A stretch of DNA of 62,906 nt, the filler included, from Asterionella formosa (taxonomy: Eukaryota), in the NCBI GenBank assembly GCA_002256025.1. It is 17 parts of 17 records of this genome, joined end to end, with 100 filler letters (N's around TTAATTAATTAA, not from the genome) between each part and the next. Parts side by side here need not be neighbours in the genome. Positions count along the whole stretch, not along the records: positions 21,082 to 42,042 come from NKIB01003175.1; positions 42,143 to 43,434 come from NKIB01003178.1; positions 43,535 to 44,826 come from NKIB01003179.1; positions 44,927 to 46,218 come from NKIB01003180.1; positions 46,319 to 47,610 come from NKIB01003181.1; positions 47,711 to 49,002 come from NKIB01003183.1; positions 49,103 to 50,394 come from NKIB01003184.1; 10 more parts are not named here. The stretch is one strand, 5' to 3'. The number at the start of each line of letters is the position of its first letter. Position 1 is the first letter of the stretch. The position numbers and the translations under genes were made by a program. A model generated the notes under the pieces. That model saw nothing but the letters and a program-made list of their open reading frames with translations, made no database searches and was not told the DNA's origin. Of this stretch, positions 37,751 through 50,494 are shown in pieces.

Positions 37751-38758
37751 AAAGTGTCCGAAAATGCATAATGAGTTAGTCGGGGGAACTCGGGATTACT
37801 TTTTTTGACTAAATTTGTAGCAAATCAATAATAATTTCTATCAATGATAGAAACTTTTCCTAACTAAATTTTCAATGACTCTTTTTACTGAGTATATTGA
37901 AAATCGAAAAATAAAAATATATTTGTACTACTGTACATTTTGTCAAGAAATCGGATGCATAATGTATCAGATGTACTTACGTTTTCGACATGGAACACAT
38001 CATCATACATGCAACAAACCTTGTATATACTTTGTACATTCCATATATATAGCGTTACATATTATATATGATTGGCATACATACTAATGGGTATGTCCTA
38101 CCAGTACTTGCATATGTGTTTGTACAGCTGCCTGTGGTATGGGGTCAATGAGAGATCAACTCATCTTGACCATGATAAAATTATGGAGTTGAATATCTTC
38201 ACGAATCTTGACAATGAGCAATTCCTATTTCGCACGTGTATGTAGACTAACATAGACGAGATTATCGATGAATAATGAAATTTTTTGCACTAGTATTGAC
38301 AGCAAAAAGTTGAAATCGGCGCTGGAAGTTGTTTTTTTGTCGTCATTTGCTCAGTTTTGAAGATACGAACAAAAACGAGACAGTGTTGAGTCCGCTGTGA
38401 TAAGCTTGATAACTTTGACTAGCTAAGGTTTTCTATGTTTTGTAGAAATAGATGAGAAAACTTGAGCGATAGTATTCTCGGAGAGCGTACAACATTTCAA
38501 GATGCAGAAATTCCTCTATGTCAATTTTGTAGTGAGTTTCATGTAATACTAATTGTCGTGGTCCATAATTCTATGGAATCTTGATAAGGTTACTTGACAG
38601 TTTACGAAAGACATTTTTCCAACCATTCATCAATACTACACTGCTTGTTCTTTACACAAACAAAAACTTCGCATCGCGGAAAAGATCAGGAACTCTGGCC
38701 CCCTGACTGACGGTTTATGCATTTTCGGACACTTTTATGCAAAGATTGTATTCTTTCC
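37751..38758. mobile_element. ~1-kb non-autonomous TIR element
   Basis: aaagtgtccgaaaatgcataa at 37751 and its inverse ttatgcattttcggacacttt ending at 38735; the right two-thirds is shared with 20007-20680. Confidence 0.7.
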
Positions 38759-39066
38759 CCAGCACCAAACCTCCACTATCAAGCTGTTGCTCCTCCAACT
38801 CCTCCGCAAACTCAAGTTCAAATCAATTCAGAAACCAATCCCTCTTAATCTATTCAGGTATAGCTACTAGGTTTCTGCTCCTCCAGGCCCAATCTGAACA
38901 TTTCTGAAATTTCGTTGCGATAACAAAAAAAGTGTGATTTGACAATTGTTGCATAGAAAGATAGAAAATATGTACTACCAAGTACCAGTACCAGTAAGTT
39001 GCGGTCATTTCGCTTAAGGTCGCTGCATTTCAACTAAGCAGGAATCATCTATTCAATCATCATTCA

Positions 39067-40990
39067 TTGCTGAAGTTGCTGCAGGAAGATACATGTTGCA
39101 AAAGTTGTGTTTATAAATTTGTAAAAGAATATTGCAAACAATCACTTTGTGAATTTGTAACTTACTTTACATTAAATAGAAAACAAAAACTGTCCATCAA
39201 GCAGCAAATTGAAGCATTTCTAGACCAGGATAGTATGCTTAATCAACCAATTTCACGATGAAGAAACCATTGATTGTTGTGTCTTCGGAAAGTTTTGGCG
39301 TTGCAAGTGAATTCGAAGTCTCTTGTTTCACCTGTCATGAAATGATTTCTAAAATCAAATCTGCAAGAAGCAACAACATTGAAGACAATGGTGAGGTAAT
39401 AAATAAGGAAATAGAAGCAAAGCACTTTTCTATCAACAAACAGTTTATTTTGGGTTGTCATGAAGCTGGAATGGGACTGGGCGATGCAGATATCATTTGC
39501 TCCGCAATTAACTTACCACTTACTTTTGGATTTTGGTCTACGCAAGGTAACTTTGGTGTTGTAGAGGAAATAGTAGGAATAGCCGAAACTGCAACAACAG
39601 CTCTTGCAATGAAAGAGGTCTGTCAGGAAGAAATATATCAGACACTCAATGTGCATGAACGAGGAGATTTGGCTGACAAAGGACGTGATTTTTAGTGGTC
39701 GAACAGTCTAACTGGGCGGTACGGACCGCTTGTCTGTACTCAATATGCTGCAACTCACCGTTAGTTATGATATGGGCTGGCAGCAGCGATGCAGCGGGAA
39801 TAAGTACAGGATATGCTTCTTATATTGGTGGCTACACGAAAAAGATGCTAGACTTTCATGTGAAATCTCAGGTTTGTAATGTGTGCGACAGGGCTATACA
39901 GTACAAGAAACCAATCAAGGAACATGTTTGCCCCAAGAATCAGGTAACTGGTAGTTCAAAGGCGATTGGACCAGACGCTGGTGTGGAAATGATGATTGAT
40001 GCAGTTGCTAAGTAAAATGTTATCTACTCTACAATTCTCTGTGATGATGATTCTACTATTAGAGCTGTTTCCAAATGGTCCTATAAGGAGTTATTGAAAC
40101 TACAGCCATCCTTCAAATGGCCAAGAACATTGAAAGAATTAAAATAATCCGACAAAGGATGCCTTCTGCTGAATACACCTAAACCTAAATTTTTGTCTGA
40201 CCAATCTCACAGCAGAATACAGGTCCTACTCCGCCCTGAAATTCTGAAAGCCCATGGCCCGGTCTCCCTTGAACGTCCTTCAAAAGCAGATTGCCTCCGA
40301 CAAAAGATTAATTATGGGGCTTGGATCAAGAAAAATCGCAACCTTGCTCCGACCGAATTCACTGAATTCTCCAAGCCACCAATCAACCACTTGTTTGGCT
40401 GCCATGATTACTGCTCTGAGACATGGTGCCCTGTAAAAGCAGGAAGAAATGTTAGCAATTGAAAATATCATGACAAGGAAAAAGAAAGTAAATTATATCA
40501 ATGGTTGATGTTGCATTTTGTAACGAAAGTCGAAGGCAAAAAGCTGCTATCATTGCATCATCCCTTTGACACTCAGATTAATGAAGCGATGAACAATGCA
40601 GTGTCACAACGATGTCCAAAAAACTAGGTGTTTGCTGGATCCGGTGGCCTGCAATATCGAGTTGCTTTGGTTGCTGGGCAGCACACACAAGGAGCCACAC
40701 AATACACAAAGGATGTATTCAAGCAACATGGAATGGAGATGTCACAGCTGCAAGAGCAAATCATTCAGGAAACAAAAGTAAAAGCGACGGAACGACGATG
40801 CAGCCTACAAAGCCCAATTCAAACTGAAAAGGAAACGAAACGAAACAAAACGAAACGAAAAAATACATACAGCATGATTTGAAACAGTCCAACAAGAAAG
40901 GTAAGGCAAAAAATCAGGTAAGACTTACGGCTCTGGTGTGGCGCTAACAGAAAGTCATGAGACAGCAAGAAAAGTCAACACAATAATTGG
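39067..40990 (+). pseudogene. Kolobok-like / Mutator-like (PF20700-type) transposase, disrupted
   Basis: LTVSYDMGWQQRCSG, VKSQVCNVC..HVCPKN..GSSKA, ILCDDDST, HLFGCHDYCSETWCP, DTQINEAMN..CPK, RVALVAG. Confidence 0.8.
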
Positions 40991-41006
40991 TCAATGTAAA
41001 CATTCA

Positions 41007-41430
41007 ATTTATCAGGACCGCCCCATTCCGCACAGCCAAACCAGCATAGTGAGAAAGTGAGTATCTGCAAAGTAACGGCATGTCTGCCCAAGCTACAGAG
41101 AAGAAGGACAACAAAACAATGAAAAAGTCGGCAGCATCAAGGACAAAGTGGTTGCAGGTGTTGAGTTCAAGAAAAGGAGTCAGCATTGATCAGAGTGGCA
41201 ACCCTTGCTTCTGCTGGTAGCAATGGTGTGTCTACCCAAACTACAGAGAAGAGGATTCCTCTGGTGGTATTGATATGTGTGTCTGTGGAAGATATCATAA
41301 AATAAAAGTGGCGGTAAGCCCCAACAATAGATAGCTGTTGAATAAAAAATCAGAATAATCGCTGTGCACAGAGTGTAAATGAGGTTGCTTGACAGCCACA
41401 AGAAAAAAATACTCCAAATAGAGTATTAAT
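41007..41430 (+). mobile_element. Probable LTR-retrotransposon 5' leader, homologous to 56500-56866 (minus)
   Basis: Shared tttatcaggacc..cattccg, aacggc.tgtctgcccaag.tacag, gttgcaggtgt.gag, cattgatcagagt and ctgctggta blocks. Confidence 0.55.
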
Positions 41431-42142
41431 GACCCTCAGGATGCCCACAACGAGCATAAAAAGGGGCACTTTACAGAATAAGAAGGTCTTGTATGCAAGG
41501 AAGGATTGAGTCTTCATATGCAGAGTTGTATTTGCATGCAGGAGTCCCCTGTAGACTCAATGATGGTCAAGCAGCCAGTGGTAGGAGAGGAAGGAGAATA
41601 TCAGCCAGCACTCAAAGACTTGCTCAAAGACCCATTCAAATGAAAAATGATGACGGCAGCATTTGAGGTGCCATGACTTACAAATTTGAAGATAAGCAAA
41701 AAGTTGTAACCCCACGCAATGAATACTGATTTGGGAATGCAGAAGGTTGTTGAGGTTGTAATCCAGTTCTTGTGATGGAGAAAGGAAGTGGAACATGAGT
41801 AAGAACTGTCAAATAGATGCATGATGGATCAGGGTGGCTTACTGTTTCACACAGCATCCTGAATTAATACTTATCATTCAAGCCTCTTCAAGATAGACCT
41901 ATTTCAAAGACCTTCTCTATCTATCATCACCTTGTTGAATGAAGGTGAGTAATGAAGGAAAAACAGCTACCCAAGAATTTCTAGATCCATTATTATGGAC
42001 AACCTACAGGCCAAACAGTAAATATTCTGATATCACAGAATTNNNNNNNNNNNNNNNNNNNNNNNNNNNNNNNNNNNNNNNNNNNNTTAATTAATTAANN
42101 NNNNNNNNNNNNNNNNNNNNNNNNNNNNNNNNNNNNNNNNNN

Positions 42143-42791
42143 TTGTAACGATACCCAGAGCGCTTTGCATCAATTCATAACGAGCCAAAGTAGCATTTGA
42201 AATGACAGTGATTTCACAATAGCAGGCACATTGCATCTGTACATTTGGTGTTTGCTCGTTCGTTAGAGAGGCACACGATTCTCCCGTCGTTTCCGATGCT
42301 TGAAAACTTTGACTAGCAGACACACCCAAAAAAGTTGCCATGCCAATCAAAGCAAGTGCGAGGTTAAATCCGACAACAAGGATACACTTCCATCTTGAGC
42401 GATTGGATGGTGTCTCAACAATCTCGTCGGTATGATTGTTACACAGAACCTCCAAGTGATGACTCTTCTGTATCGTTGCCTCCTCCTCATCATCGTCATG
42501 AAGCAGTATACTCGTCATGTCTGGATGATCGCTGTATTCAAATATTGTTTCTATGTTCCAGTTCACCTCCCTTTGGTTAGGTCTTTGTTGTGAACTTATT
42601 GTTTCCATGGTCCAGTTCACCTCCCTTTGGTAAGGTATTGGTGGTGAACTTATATTAGTATCGTCAGACGATTCAAAACCAGACTCGATTGGCATGACTG
42701 ATCGAACTGTTTTTGGCATGGTGATCAAGCCCACTTGACTTGGTGGCTGAAGTTGATCTGATTCTCCCACCTTGGTAGTTGCGGGCTGCAT
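42143..42791 (-). CDS. N-terminal part of a single-pass membrane protein (cut by contig end)
   Basis: Open frame from ATG 42791; hydrophobic CILVVGFNLALALIGMATFLGV followed by a Cys-rich segment; internal 54-bp duplication (QREVNW twice). Confidence 0.6.
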
Positions 42792-43600
42792 ATACGTTTT
42801 TGCTGATTCCCTTCTTTTGCTTTCCCCAAAACAGCAATTGTGTATTCTGTGAAACTTCACACAAGACAGAGTGGCGACAGTTTGCAATCTAGGCTTTGAT
42901 AATGATGGGCTCTATGACGGAAAAGTATTCTTTCTTGTTGTGCAGAGAAGTACGATAGTAACAATAGGTGAGGCGAAAACCGAGTTTATTTTATCATATG
43001 AGATCCTTCACAAGACTATAATAAGCATATTCCACAGTTTCTGTAAATCCTATCTATCATGGGTCCATCAGCCCCCACGGTTGGCATTGCTACATGATAC
43101 ATAGAGATAAAATGCATCCACCAATTAAATGTTGCCAAACACCCCAGGAAGGTCCGGTGAACCGTGTTTTAGTCCTTGAAAAGGTAAAGCTAAATATCTT
43201 GTTCACCGGCCCATCTAGCCGCTACAATAGCAACCTGGTACCAGGGTACCTTCCGTTGGATTTCACGACGGAAATGCTCCCTTGGGTGTGCAGGCTCTAT
43301 GAATGTACCGGTAGTGCTTCCTTGCTTACCGGTTGCAGAATGGATGAATAACCGTAAACGCTTCTCAGACATTTCCACATTTCATTCTTTATCCCACAAC
43401 GACAAATTTGCTCCAGTGTTTACCAGTATATATGNNNNNNNNNNNNNNNNNNNNNNNNNNNNNNNNNNNNNNNNNNNNTTAATTAATTAANNNNNNNNNN
43501 NNNNNNNNNNNNNNNNNNNNNNNNNNNNNNNNNNACCTTGTAACTGTTTTTTACCTCCTACAATCATTCTGTAATGTTGCTGTGGTCGGAAGATCAACTG

Positions 43601-43687
43601 CAAGTTGCGGTAATTATGCTACACTAAAGATTTAGATATCTTTATCCTAGATTTAATTGTCCTTTTAAGCAAAATGACCGCAACTTG
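43601..43687. repeat. Short palindromic MITE-like unit
   Basis: caagttgcggt...accgcaacttg; reverse-complement homologue of 1439-1525. Confidence 0.8.
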
Positions 43688-43715
43688 TTGGTATGTACCA
43701 CCGGTATATTTCTAA

Positions 43716-44826
43716 GGGTCGTTCTTATCATTTTTTTTCGTGTATCACGGAATTTGAATTTTTTTGAAAATGTATCAGCAACGGTAACTCGATTTGAACT
43801 GAATTTCATTCATTCCAAAAGTGTCACTGTATCACTAATTTGTGATCACATTGTATCATGGAGTAACATGAATCTTCAACGGCAACTGGCTGGCGAAGAT
43901 CATGTGTATATCCCTCCGGAATATAATGATGGTCTTGATATCAAGCAACAACAAAATATAATTACCGGGAAACTAAATATAATATTAAAAACACACATTT
44001 GCATGAATCATGTCGTCGCCATTTGATTTACTTGATGATAATGACGATGACAGTAGTGATCTTGATTTCTTCTTCCTCTGTCATTTAGCTAAGGAAGCAG
44101 AGGAAAAAGAACACTCATCCAAACAACAAAGGCGACGCTGTAAACGGCAGCTTCAGTCATCTGAACGACGACGACAACGAAGGCACAAGTGGCACCACGA
44201 AAGAATCTCCTGGCAATCACATGTCGAGAAACTCAATCACGAGATTGCTTTCGAGAAGACATACAGAATGTCACACAGAGCATTCAAAAAACTCACCTCC
44301 ATGCTGGAAATTCAGATTGCAGGGAATTATTCCAAATGTGGCACTTCTGAGCCCATAATTCCCGAAATTGTGGTAGCCATTGGTTTGCGATGGCTGGCTG
44401 GTGGCAGTTACATCGACATTCGTCATGCCTACGGTTGTAGCATTGCTTCACTTTATCGATGTCGTGATTTGTTCATTGATGCTGTACTAAACTGTGGAGA
44501 ACTCGAAATTGTTTTTCCAAAAGAAAAAGAAGAATTTATCAAATTGGCTTCCAGCTTTGAATGCAAAAGCTCAGAGGGCATGATGAGAGGATGTGTTGGT
44601 GCTATTGACGGCTTCCTAGCCACCATCAACCGCCCGACTATAGTTGAAAGTGGCAACAACCCTGGTTCATTTTTTTCCGGTCACTACATGACTTATGGAA
44701 TCAATGTCCAGGCTGTTTGTGATGCTGACTCAAGATTTATTTATTTTGGTGTAATTGCACCGGGAAAATGCAGTGACCAAGTAGCTTTTGAACGAACTTC
44801 CATTTTCGATCGAGTTGCAGCATTCA
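43716..44826 (+). mobile_element. PIF/Harbinger transposon, left end plus transposase (cut by contig end)
   Basis: TAA|GGGTCGTTCTTATCA terminus and TGTATCA repeats at 43741-43860, followed by a DDE ORF. Confidence 0.8.
44010..44826 (+). CDS. Harbinger/HARBI1-like DDE_Tnp_4 transposase, partial and uninterrupted
   Basis: YRMSHRAF, LRWLAGGSY, GCVGAIDG, GINVQAVCDADSRF, PGKCSD. Confidence 0.92.
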
Positions 44827-44946
44827 NNNNNNNNNNNNNNNNNNNNNNNNNNNNNNNNNNNNNNNNNNNNTTAATTAATTAANNNNNNNNNNNNNNNNNN
44901 NNNNNNNNNNNNNNNNNNNNNNNNNNCCGCCCTCCCCCCCCCCCCC

Positions 44947-44984
<38 letters not shown>

Positions 44985-44998
44985 AGCGCTTTGACTTT

Positions 44999-45185
44999 CT
45001 ACAGAGCTGCGACAGAAAATAATAGGGAAAAACATAGTACCACCATAACCGTACATTGCAGCCTCTAAAGAGCTGCGACAGAAAATACTAGGGAAAAACA
45101 TAGTACTGCCATAACCGTACATCGCAGCCTCTACAGAGCTGCGACAGAAAATAATAGGGAAAAACATAGTACCACCATAACCGTA
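44999..45185 (+). repeat. 66-bp minisatellite, ~2.8 copies
   Basis: Unit ctacagagctgcgacagaaaataatagggaaaaacatagtaccaccataaccgtacattgcagcct. Confidence 0.92.
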
Positions 45186-45450
45186 AGTGCTACTTAAAGA
45201 TGCTGATAAAAGACGTAGACGTACTACCTGGTACTGGTAGTAACTTGTCAGCATGGCTAATTATCGCGCCAGTTAAATTCATAAAAGCAATATTATGATA
45301 ACTACTACCGGGTAGGTATGCCTGCATCAACACATCACGAGCATTGATTGTCTCCAATTGTACTTAGAAGTGCTGTCACTAGTAGCAGATCACAATGATT
45401 TTGTTGTTTTAACAAAATACGTGTTAACTTAACTTTGCCAAACCACCACC

Positions 45451-46218
45451 ATGTGGGCTAATCGACACAATTCTGCATCGTTGTCTGATACAGACTCCAT
45501 ACCAGACAATCCTGCATCGGATGGATACGACGATTATCAACTTGAGGAGTATAATGAATCGGAAGAGAGAGTAAAAGAAGATGGGAGGTTGACGGCTGAA
45601 CAAGAAAGAGATAAACTCCAAATTCTATTGTCTGAGAGTACACAGGAAATCAAGCGCCTACGTGAATTAGTAGCAGCTGAAAACAACCGTTTAACAATTG
45701 GAGTAGTAGGTGGAATTGACCGGTGCAAACATTGGATAAACCTTCTGGCTAGCTGGGTCAGAGAGGAATTGTTTCCAAAAGTTAAATTCGTCACAGGTGA
45801 TTATGATTTGGAAATTAAGGAACCCAACAGCATTGCTGGTGCTGTTCGTTATCATTTCCCATCACTCAGAGATGGTACTGACGAAGAGTTTGAATCATTT
45901 TGGTTCACATATAAGTGTGACATCAACAAAATTATGTCTGAAAAAAGGAATGCTGTTTCAACATCAATCAGAAACAAGGGTTTCAAAAGTAAGTTCAAAA
46001 TGAGGTGTCGTACTTGCTGTTGGCTTCCTTTTCCAAACAATACTTAATTAGTATAAAAACAGGAATGGTTGAGGATGGAAAGTTACAGTTCCTTTCCCGG
46101 AATACGATTGTTCAGTCCAGGACAGAACCACCAGATGTTGGTAAAGTTGAAGAGCATCCCTTCATTATTCTAGTGAATTACATTTTTTCTCGGGTAGTGA
46201 AGTATGGTGATTATGCTA
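45451..46218 (+). CDS. Hypothetical, probably transposon-accessory protein; intron 45989-46062; cut by contig end
   Basis: 198-aa ORF; removing GTAAGT...AG (74 bp) joins in frame to RMVEDGKLQF...; motif WVREELFPKVKF..FW..EKRN. Confidence 0.55.
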
Positions 46219-47229
46219 NNNNNNNNNNNNNNNNNNNNNNNNNNNNNNNNNNNNNNNNNNNNTTAATTAATTAANNNNNNNNNNNNNNNNNNNNNNNNNN
46301 NNNNNNNNNNNNNNNNNNCATCACCAATGAAATCTCCAATCATCTTGTTCTCACTGCCACAATGCTTGATGTCTATTTTGCTATCAAAAATGCCACACCC
46401 GAGCGATCTGACACATCAACATACCCAACTGGACTGAGGGTCATCGGCGCTGTTGCTGAGCGTCCTCATTACGAGAATCCCTTGTGTCTTCATTAGGGAA
46501 AATGAGAGGATGAACCATGATCATGGTGAACAAAGCAATGCGGCAGTGGTCCAGCGTCGAGCATTTACTTTTTATGCGTTTGAGACAACTTCCTGGTACA
46601 GTATTATGCTGTAAATTGTGGAATGGAACACCGGCAAAGTATTATATGAATTTGCTTTGAAGTAACAAAACGCCGGCAAGGTAATATATCAATTCTTATA
46701 AATGGATATATTGTATAATACATCACAAGAAATATCGAAAAACGATCAAGGTGGGGGAGAGATAGGCTAAGATTCCTTTCAGATAGATTCCTCTTTTCGA
46801 TGATGACATGTTTTCAGCACCTTTTATCAGGAACCTGACGTTTTTTACTGGTACCAGGAACAGTAGTACAATGTACTCAGTCATCACCGTCTGCGAGGCA
46901 TCATGTCTGATTTATTGCTGCTGTTGCCCATACATTATATATATGGAAGCAAACCCCATGATGGTGACGGTGTTGTGCTATTCATCTCCATGTCCACGTC
47001 CACGTCCATGTTGATAGATCCTTCTTTTTGCAAAATTAACGAGTTTACAAAACGAGCATCGCTCACCATGCATGTATCATAATCAGGGAAACATCCATAA
47101 AGAAGAGCATGAACGTAAATTCCAACTAACAGTTTAACAAAAATGTACCCTGATTGATAATCAAAACATAAAGGGTCCGTAATTAGAATAATAAAAACTA
47201 GTTGATCCTCCTAAATATTACCATGATGA

Positions 47230-47610
47230 TCATTTCCCACAATGGGTCAAATTGCGAAGTGCTCCATTACCTTTTTCTTGAACACCATCATTGGATGAGT
47301 AATTTTTCATAGCAGACTCAATTAGGGCTTTTCCACCAGCATTGGATATTGTCACCTTGTTGTTGTCATTATTCAAAGCCAACTTCCAAAGTGCTCCACA
47401 ACCATATTCTTGAACAGTAGCATTTGAGGAATGAGTCCTCATCGCAGAAAGAATTGTTGGAATACCTCCTGCTTCAGCAATAATCACCTTGTTGTTTTCA
47501 TTATTGTCAGCCAAGTTCCAAAATGCTGCACAACCTTGGAGTTGTACATTAGCATTGGAGGAATAATTATTCATAGCTGACAGAATCAGAGGGATACCTC
47601 CTTCATCAGC
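47230..47610 (-). CDS. ARM-repeat protein, C-terminal part
   Basis: Repeats AGGIPTILSAMRTHSSNATVQEYGCGALWKLA; same family as 50495-51786. Confidence 0.88.
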   Translation of the reverse strand, partial: ADEGGIPLILSAMNNYSSNANVQLQGCAAFWNLADNNENNKVIIAEAGGIPTILSAMRTHSSNATVQEYGCGALWKLALNNDNNKVTISNAGGKALIESAMKNYSSNDGVQEKGNGALRNLTHCGK

Positions 47611-47710
47611 NNNNNNNNNNNNNNNNNNNNNNNNNNNNNNNNNNNNNNNNNNNNTTAATTAATTAANNNNNNNNNNNNNNNNNNNNNNNNNNNNNNNNNN
47701 NNNNNNNNNN

Positions 47711-49002
47711 ATTTACGCCGAATGGGCAGCTAGTTCATTAGATGATATCGACACAAATGGGAACAGGCGGCTGCCTTTGCTCAAACTTGAGGATTGCGTG
47801 TTTGCGGCGGCTTCTTGTGGCGCAAAGATCGTTGCAGAGTGTTCCGATTTTCCCATATTTGGAACTTCTGGAGAAGGGCAAATCGCAAGCTTGAATGTTC
47901 ATTGTGGATTGGGTGCCGGGAAAGTGGTTGGAATCCATATTGGAGACGAGGAATCAAGGCGAGAGTTTGTCATCCTGGGACACCCCCTTAATCAGTTGAC
48001 CGATGCTTCGCAAAACGCAAATCTCGGTGAACTAGTTGCTTCTCCTGAAGCTCTTGCGTTACTCGGTGAGCGGTGCACTTTCGATACGTCCCTATCACAA
48101 ACAACAGGACGTGCAGTCATCGCTAGACGTACTTTCAAAAGCTTCACGCCACTTCCTCACATGGGAAGTTCTATCCGAGTATCAATTAATATGCTGAACC
48201 AGCTGCGTTCAAAAATCGACAAAGAATTTTCCTTTGCTGAACTGACGCTCTATCGAAAGCTAATTGCGCTGTATGCCCACCCTGTTATTTTGGCAAACGA
48301 TTCCGCTGCTCTCGAAATGCCTCGTTTCTCTAACGTAGCCGAAGAAAGACACAGGGAGGAAGCGGAGCTGCGTTCAGTATATGTGATGTTTATAACTCCT
48401 TTAATTGGAATCGACATTTCAGATGACGATGCGGAAAATAACGCGTTGTATTCGCTGCTGAATGACATAATGAACTTGACAACGAGGGAACTTGCGAGAT
48501 TCAGTGGCCATCTCCGGCAATTTATTATCGATGACAAAGGTGTGGTTCTAATCGCCACCTTTGGCCTTCGTGGCTCGAGTTTTCCAAACATGGTTGCGGA
48601 ACGAGCATTGCCATGTACCATTGTCCTTCAAAATGCCCTTGTCACTGAGTTGGGAGTCCAGAATCAAATCGGCGCCACAATTGGTAATGCATACTGCGGT
48701 GTTGTTGGTGGAATCAGCCGACACGAGTATGCGGTGATGGGCCCATCTGTCAATCTTGCAGCGAGGCTCATGTCGTCACCAAAGAATCCTGGAATTTTAG
48801 TTGACAATGGGGTTCGAATGATGGCCGACAAGTCATATGGTTTCAACGCACTCTCTCCCGTGAAAGCAAAGGGATATCTAGAACCAGTTCCAATCTTTGA
48901 ACCTTTGAGCCCTCTCGAGAGAAGTTGGGGTCGTGTCCAACCAAACTTTGTTGGGCGCAAGACTGAAATTAAGCAAATCATGAGCTGTGCACGCGAAATG
49001 GC
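47711..49002 (+). CDS. Class III adenylate/guanylate cyclase, ADCY10-like tandem catalytic domains (partial at both ends)
   Basis: Open across the whole contig; LNVHCGLGAG, LRQFIIDDKG, AYCGVVGGISRHEYAVMGPSVNLAARLM, then FVGRKTE at the start of the NTPase region. Confidence 0.92.
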
Positions 49003-49102
49003 NNNNNNNNNNNNNNNNNNNNNNNNNNNNNNNNNNNNNNNNNNNNTTAATTAATTAANNNNNNNNNNNNNNNNNNNNNNNNNNNNNNNNNNNNNNNNNN
49101 NN

Positions 49103-49737
49103 AAAGCAAAAATATTTCATACTTTTGTTATGAAAGGAATGTTCCTATGTAAGCGAGGAAGACAGGACATTCAACCAGGAATTGCATTTCTGGCAACCCG
49201 AACTATCGAACCGAATGAAGGTGATTGGGTAAAATTAGTCAAGATCATGAATTTCTTGAAAGCAACTCAGAACGAGGTTGCATCTATGAGTGCTGATGAC
49301 ACTCAGAGCATTAAATGGTACGTTGATGCGGCGTTTGCACTGCACAAAGATTTTAAAAGTCACACAGGAGCTACAATGTCACTTGGAAACGGAATTATCT
49401 GTTCTATGTCTACGAAACAGAAAGTGAACACTAGAAGTTCGACTGAAGCAGAATTGGTTGGTGTCGATGACATCATATCAAAGGTGTTGTGGACGAAATT
49501 ATTTATTGAAGCACAAGGACACAAGCAATGAAGCTAGAAGCAAATGGAAAAGCAAGTTCAGGAAAACGCACGCGACATTTCAACATCAAATATTTTTATA
49601 TTACTGATCTTATTGAAAGAAAGGAAGTACAAATCAAGTACTGTCCATCGGATGCAATGTTAGCAGACTACATGACGAAACCACTGGTTGGAACGAAATT
49701 TATTCATTTTCGTCAGCAAATTATGAATTCAAAGTGA
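49103..49737 (+). pseudogene. Copia (CoDi-type) RT end and RNase H
   Basis: WYVDAAFALHKDFKSHTG, STKQKVNTRSSTEAELVG, GKRTRHFNIKYF, MLADYMTKPL; a small deletion and frameshift near 49528 removes the QDN motif. Confidence 0.93.
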
Positions 49738-49759
49738 GCATCCGTGTCCAGCAGGAGTG

Positions 49760-50025
49760 TGTTGGAGAAAATATTTTAGGAAAGAAAATCCCGGTATAAA
49801 TTACCTACTACATATTGAGTCGAATGAATCAAGAAAGAATATGGTACCAGAGAATTCGGAAACAATCTACGCCAACAGTAAAAACCCATAATTCTATTAA
49901 AACTCCTAGGAACGATTACAATCGATCACGGAGACATCGTTGTTATATCTACAGCCTATTTGGTCCCTGACGTGTCCTTACAGGATACAAGAAAGCATAG
50001 AGTGCTTCGGGACGTAATTTCAACA
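49760..50025 (+). repeat. 3' LTR (266 bp) of the Copia element
   Basis: Purine tract gcaggagtg immediately before TGTTG; ends CAACA. Confidence 0.75.
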
Positions 50026-50494
50026 TATTATACCGGAAAAATTTGGTACATCACCCATTATCGTGCGTTGCAACGGAACTCGACAGGGTGGAAGTGGTTA
50101 TGGAGCAGGGGGTAGAACGCCACAACATGACGAAGTCCCAAGGATCATGAATGGGAAGAAAACTTTGCTGCATTCTGGTGGTACCATTGGACTTGGGAAA
50201 CAGCGAGGAAGGTTGTATCCCGCCGTATCAAACGGATTCGAATAAGAGGAGTTGGAACGAAGAGAATTGACAAGAACTGACCTGACACTTCTGTCCGACT
50301 TGGTCGATGGATGTCTCCCGCCTATTTGTGACTTCCTGCGCAACACAACAAAACTTGCCACAACGACGAATCAAACGGGTTTCGAATATGAGGANNNNNN
50401 NNNNNNNNNNNNNNNNNNNNNNNNNNNNNNNNNNNNNNTTAATTAATTAANNNNNNNNNNNNNNNNNNNNNNNNNNNNNNNNNNNNNNNNNNNN

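Noticed and set aside
44927..44984. Poly-C tract / poly-Gly ORF 44871-45254
   Set aside because: A homopolymer at a contig edge, typical of two-colour sequencing poly-G artefacts; the ORF just reads through the minisatellite.
44999..45185. CRISPR-like array
   Set aside because: Contiguous 66-bp units with no unique spacers and no cas genes; the same applies to the 21-bp array at 59206.
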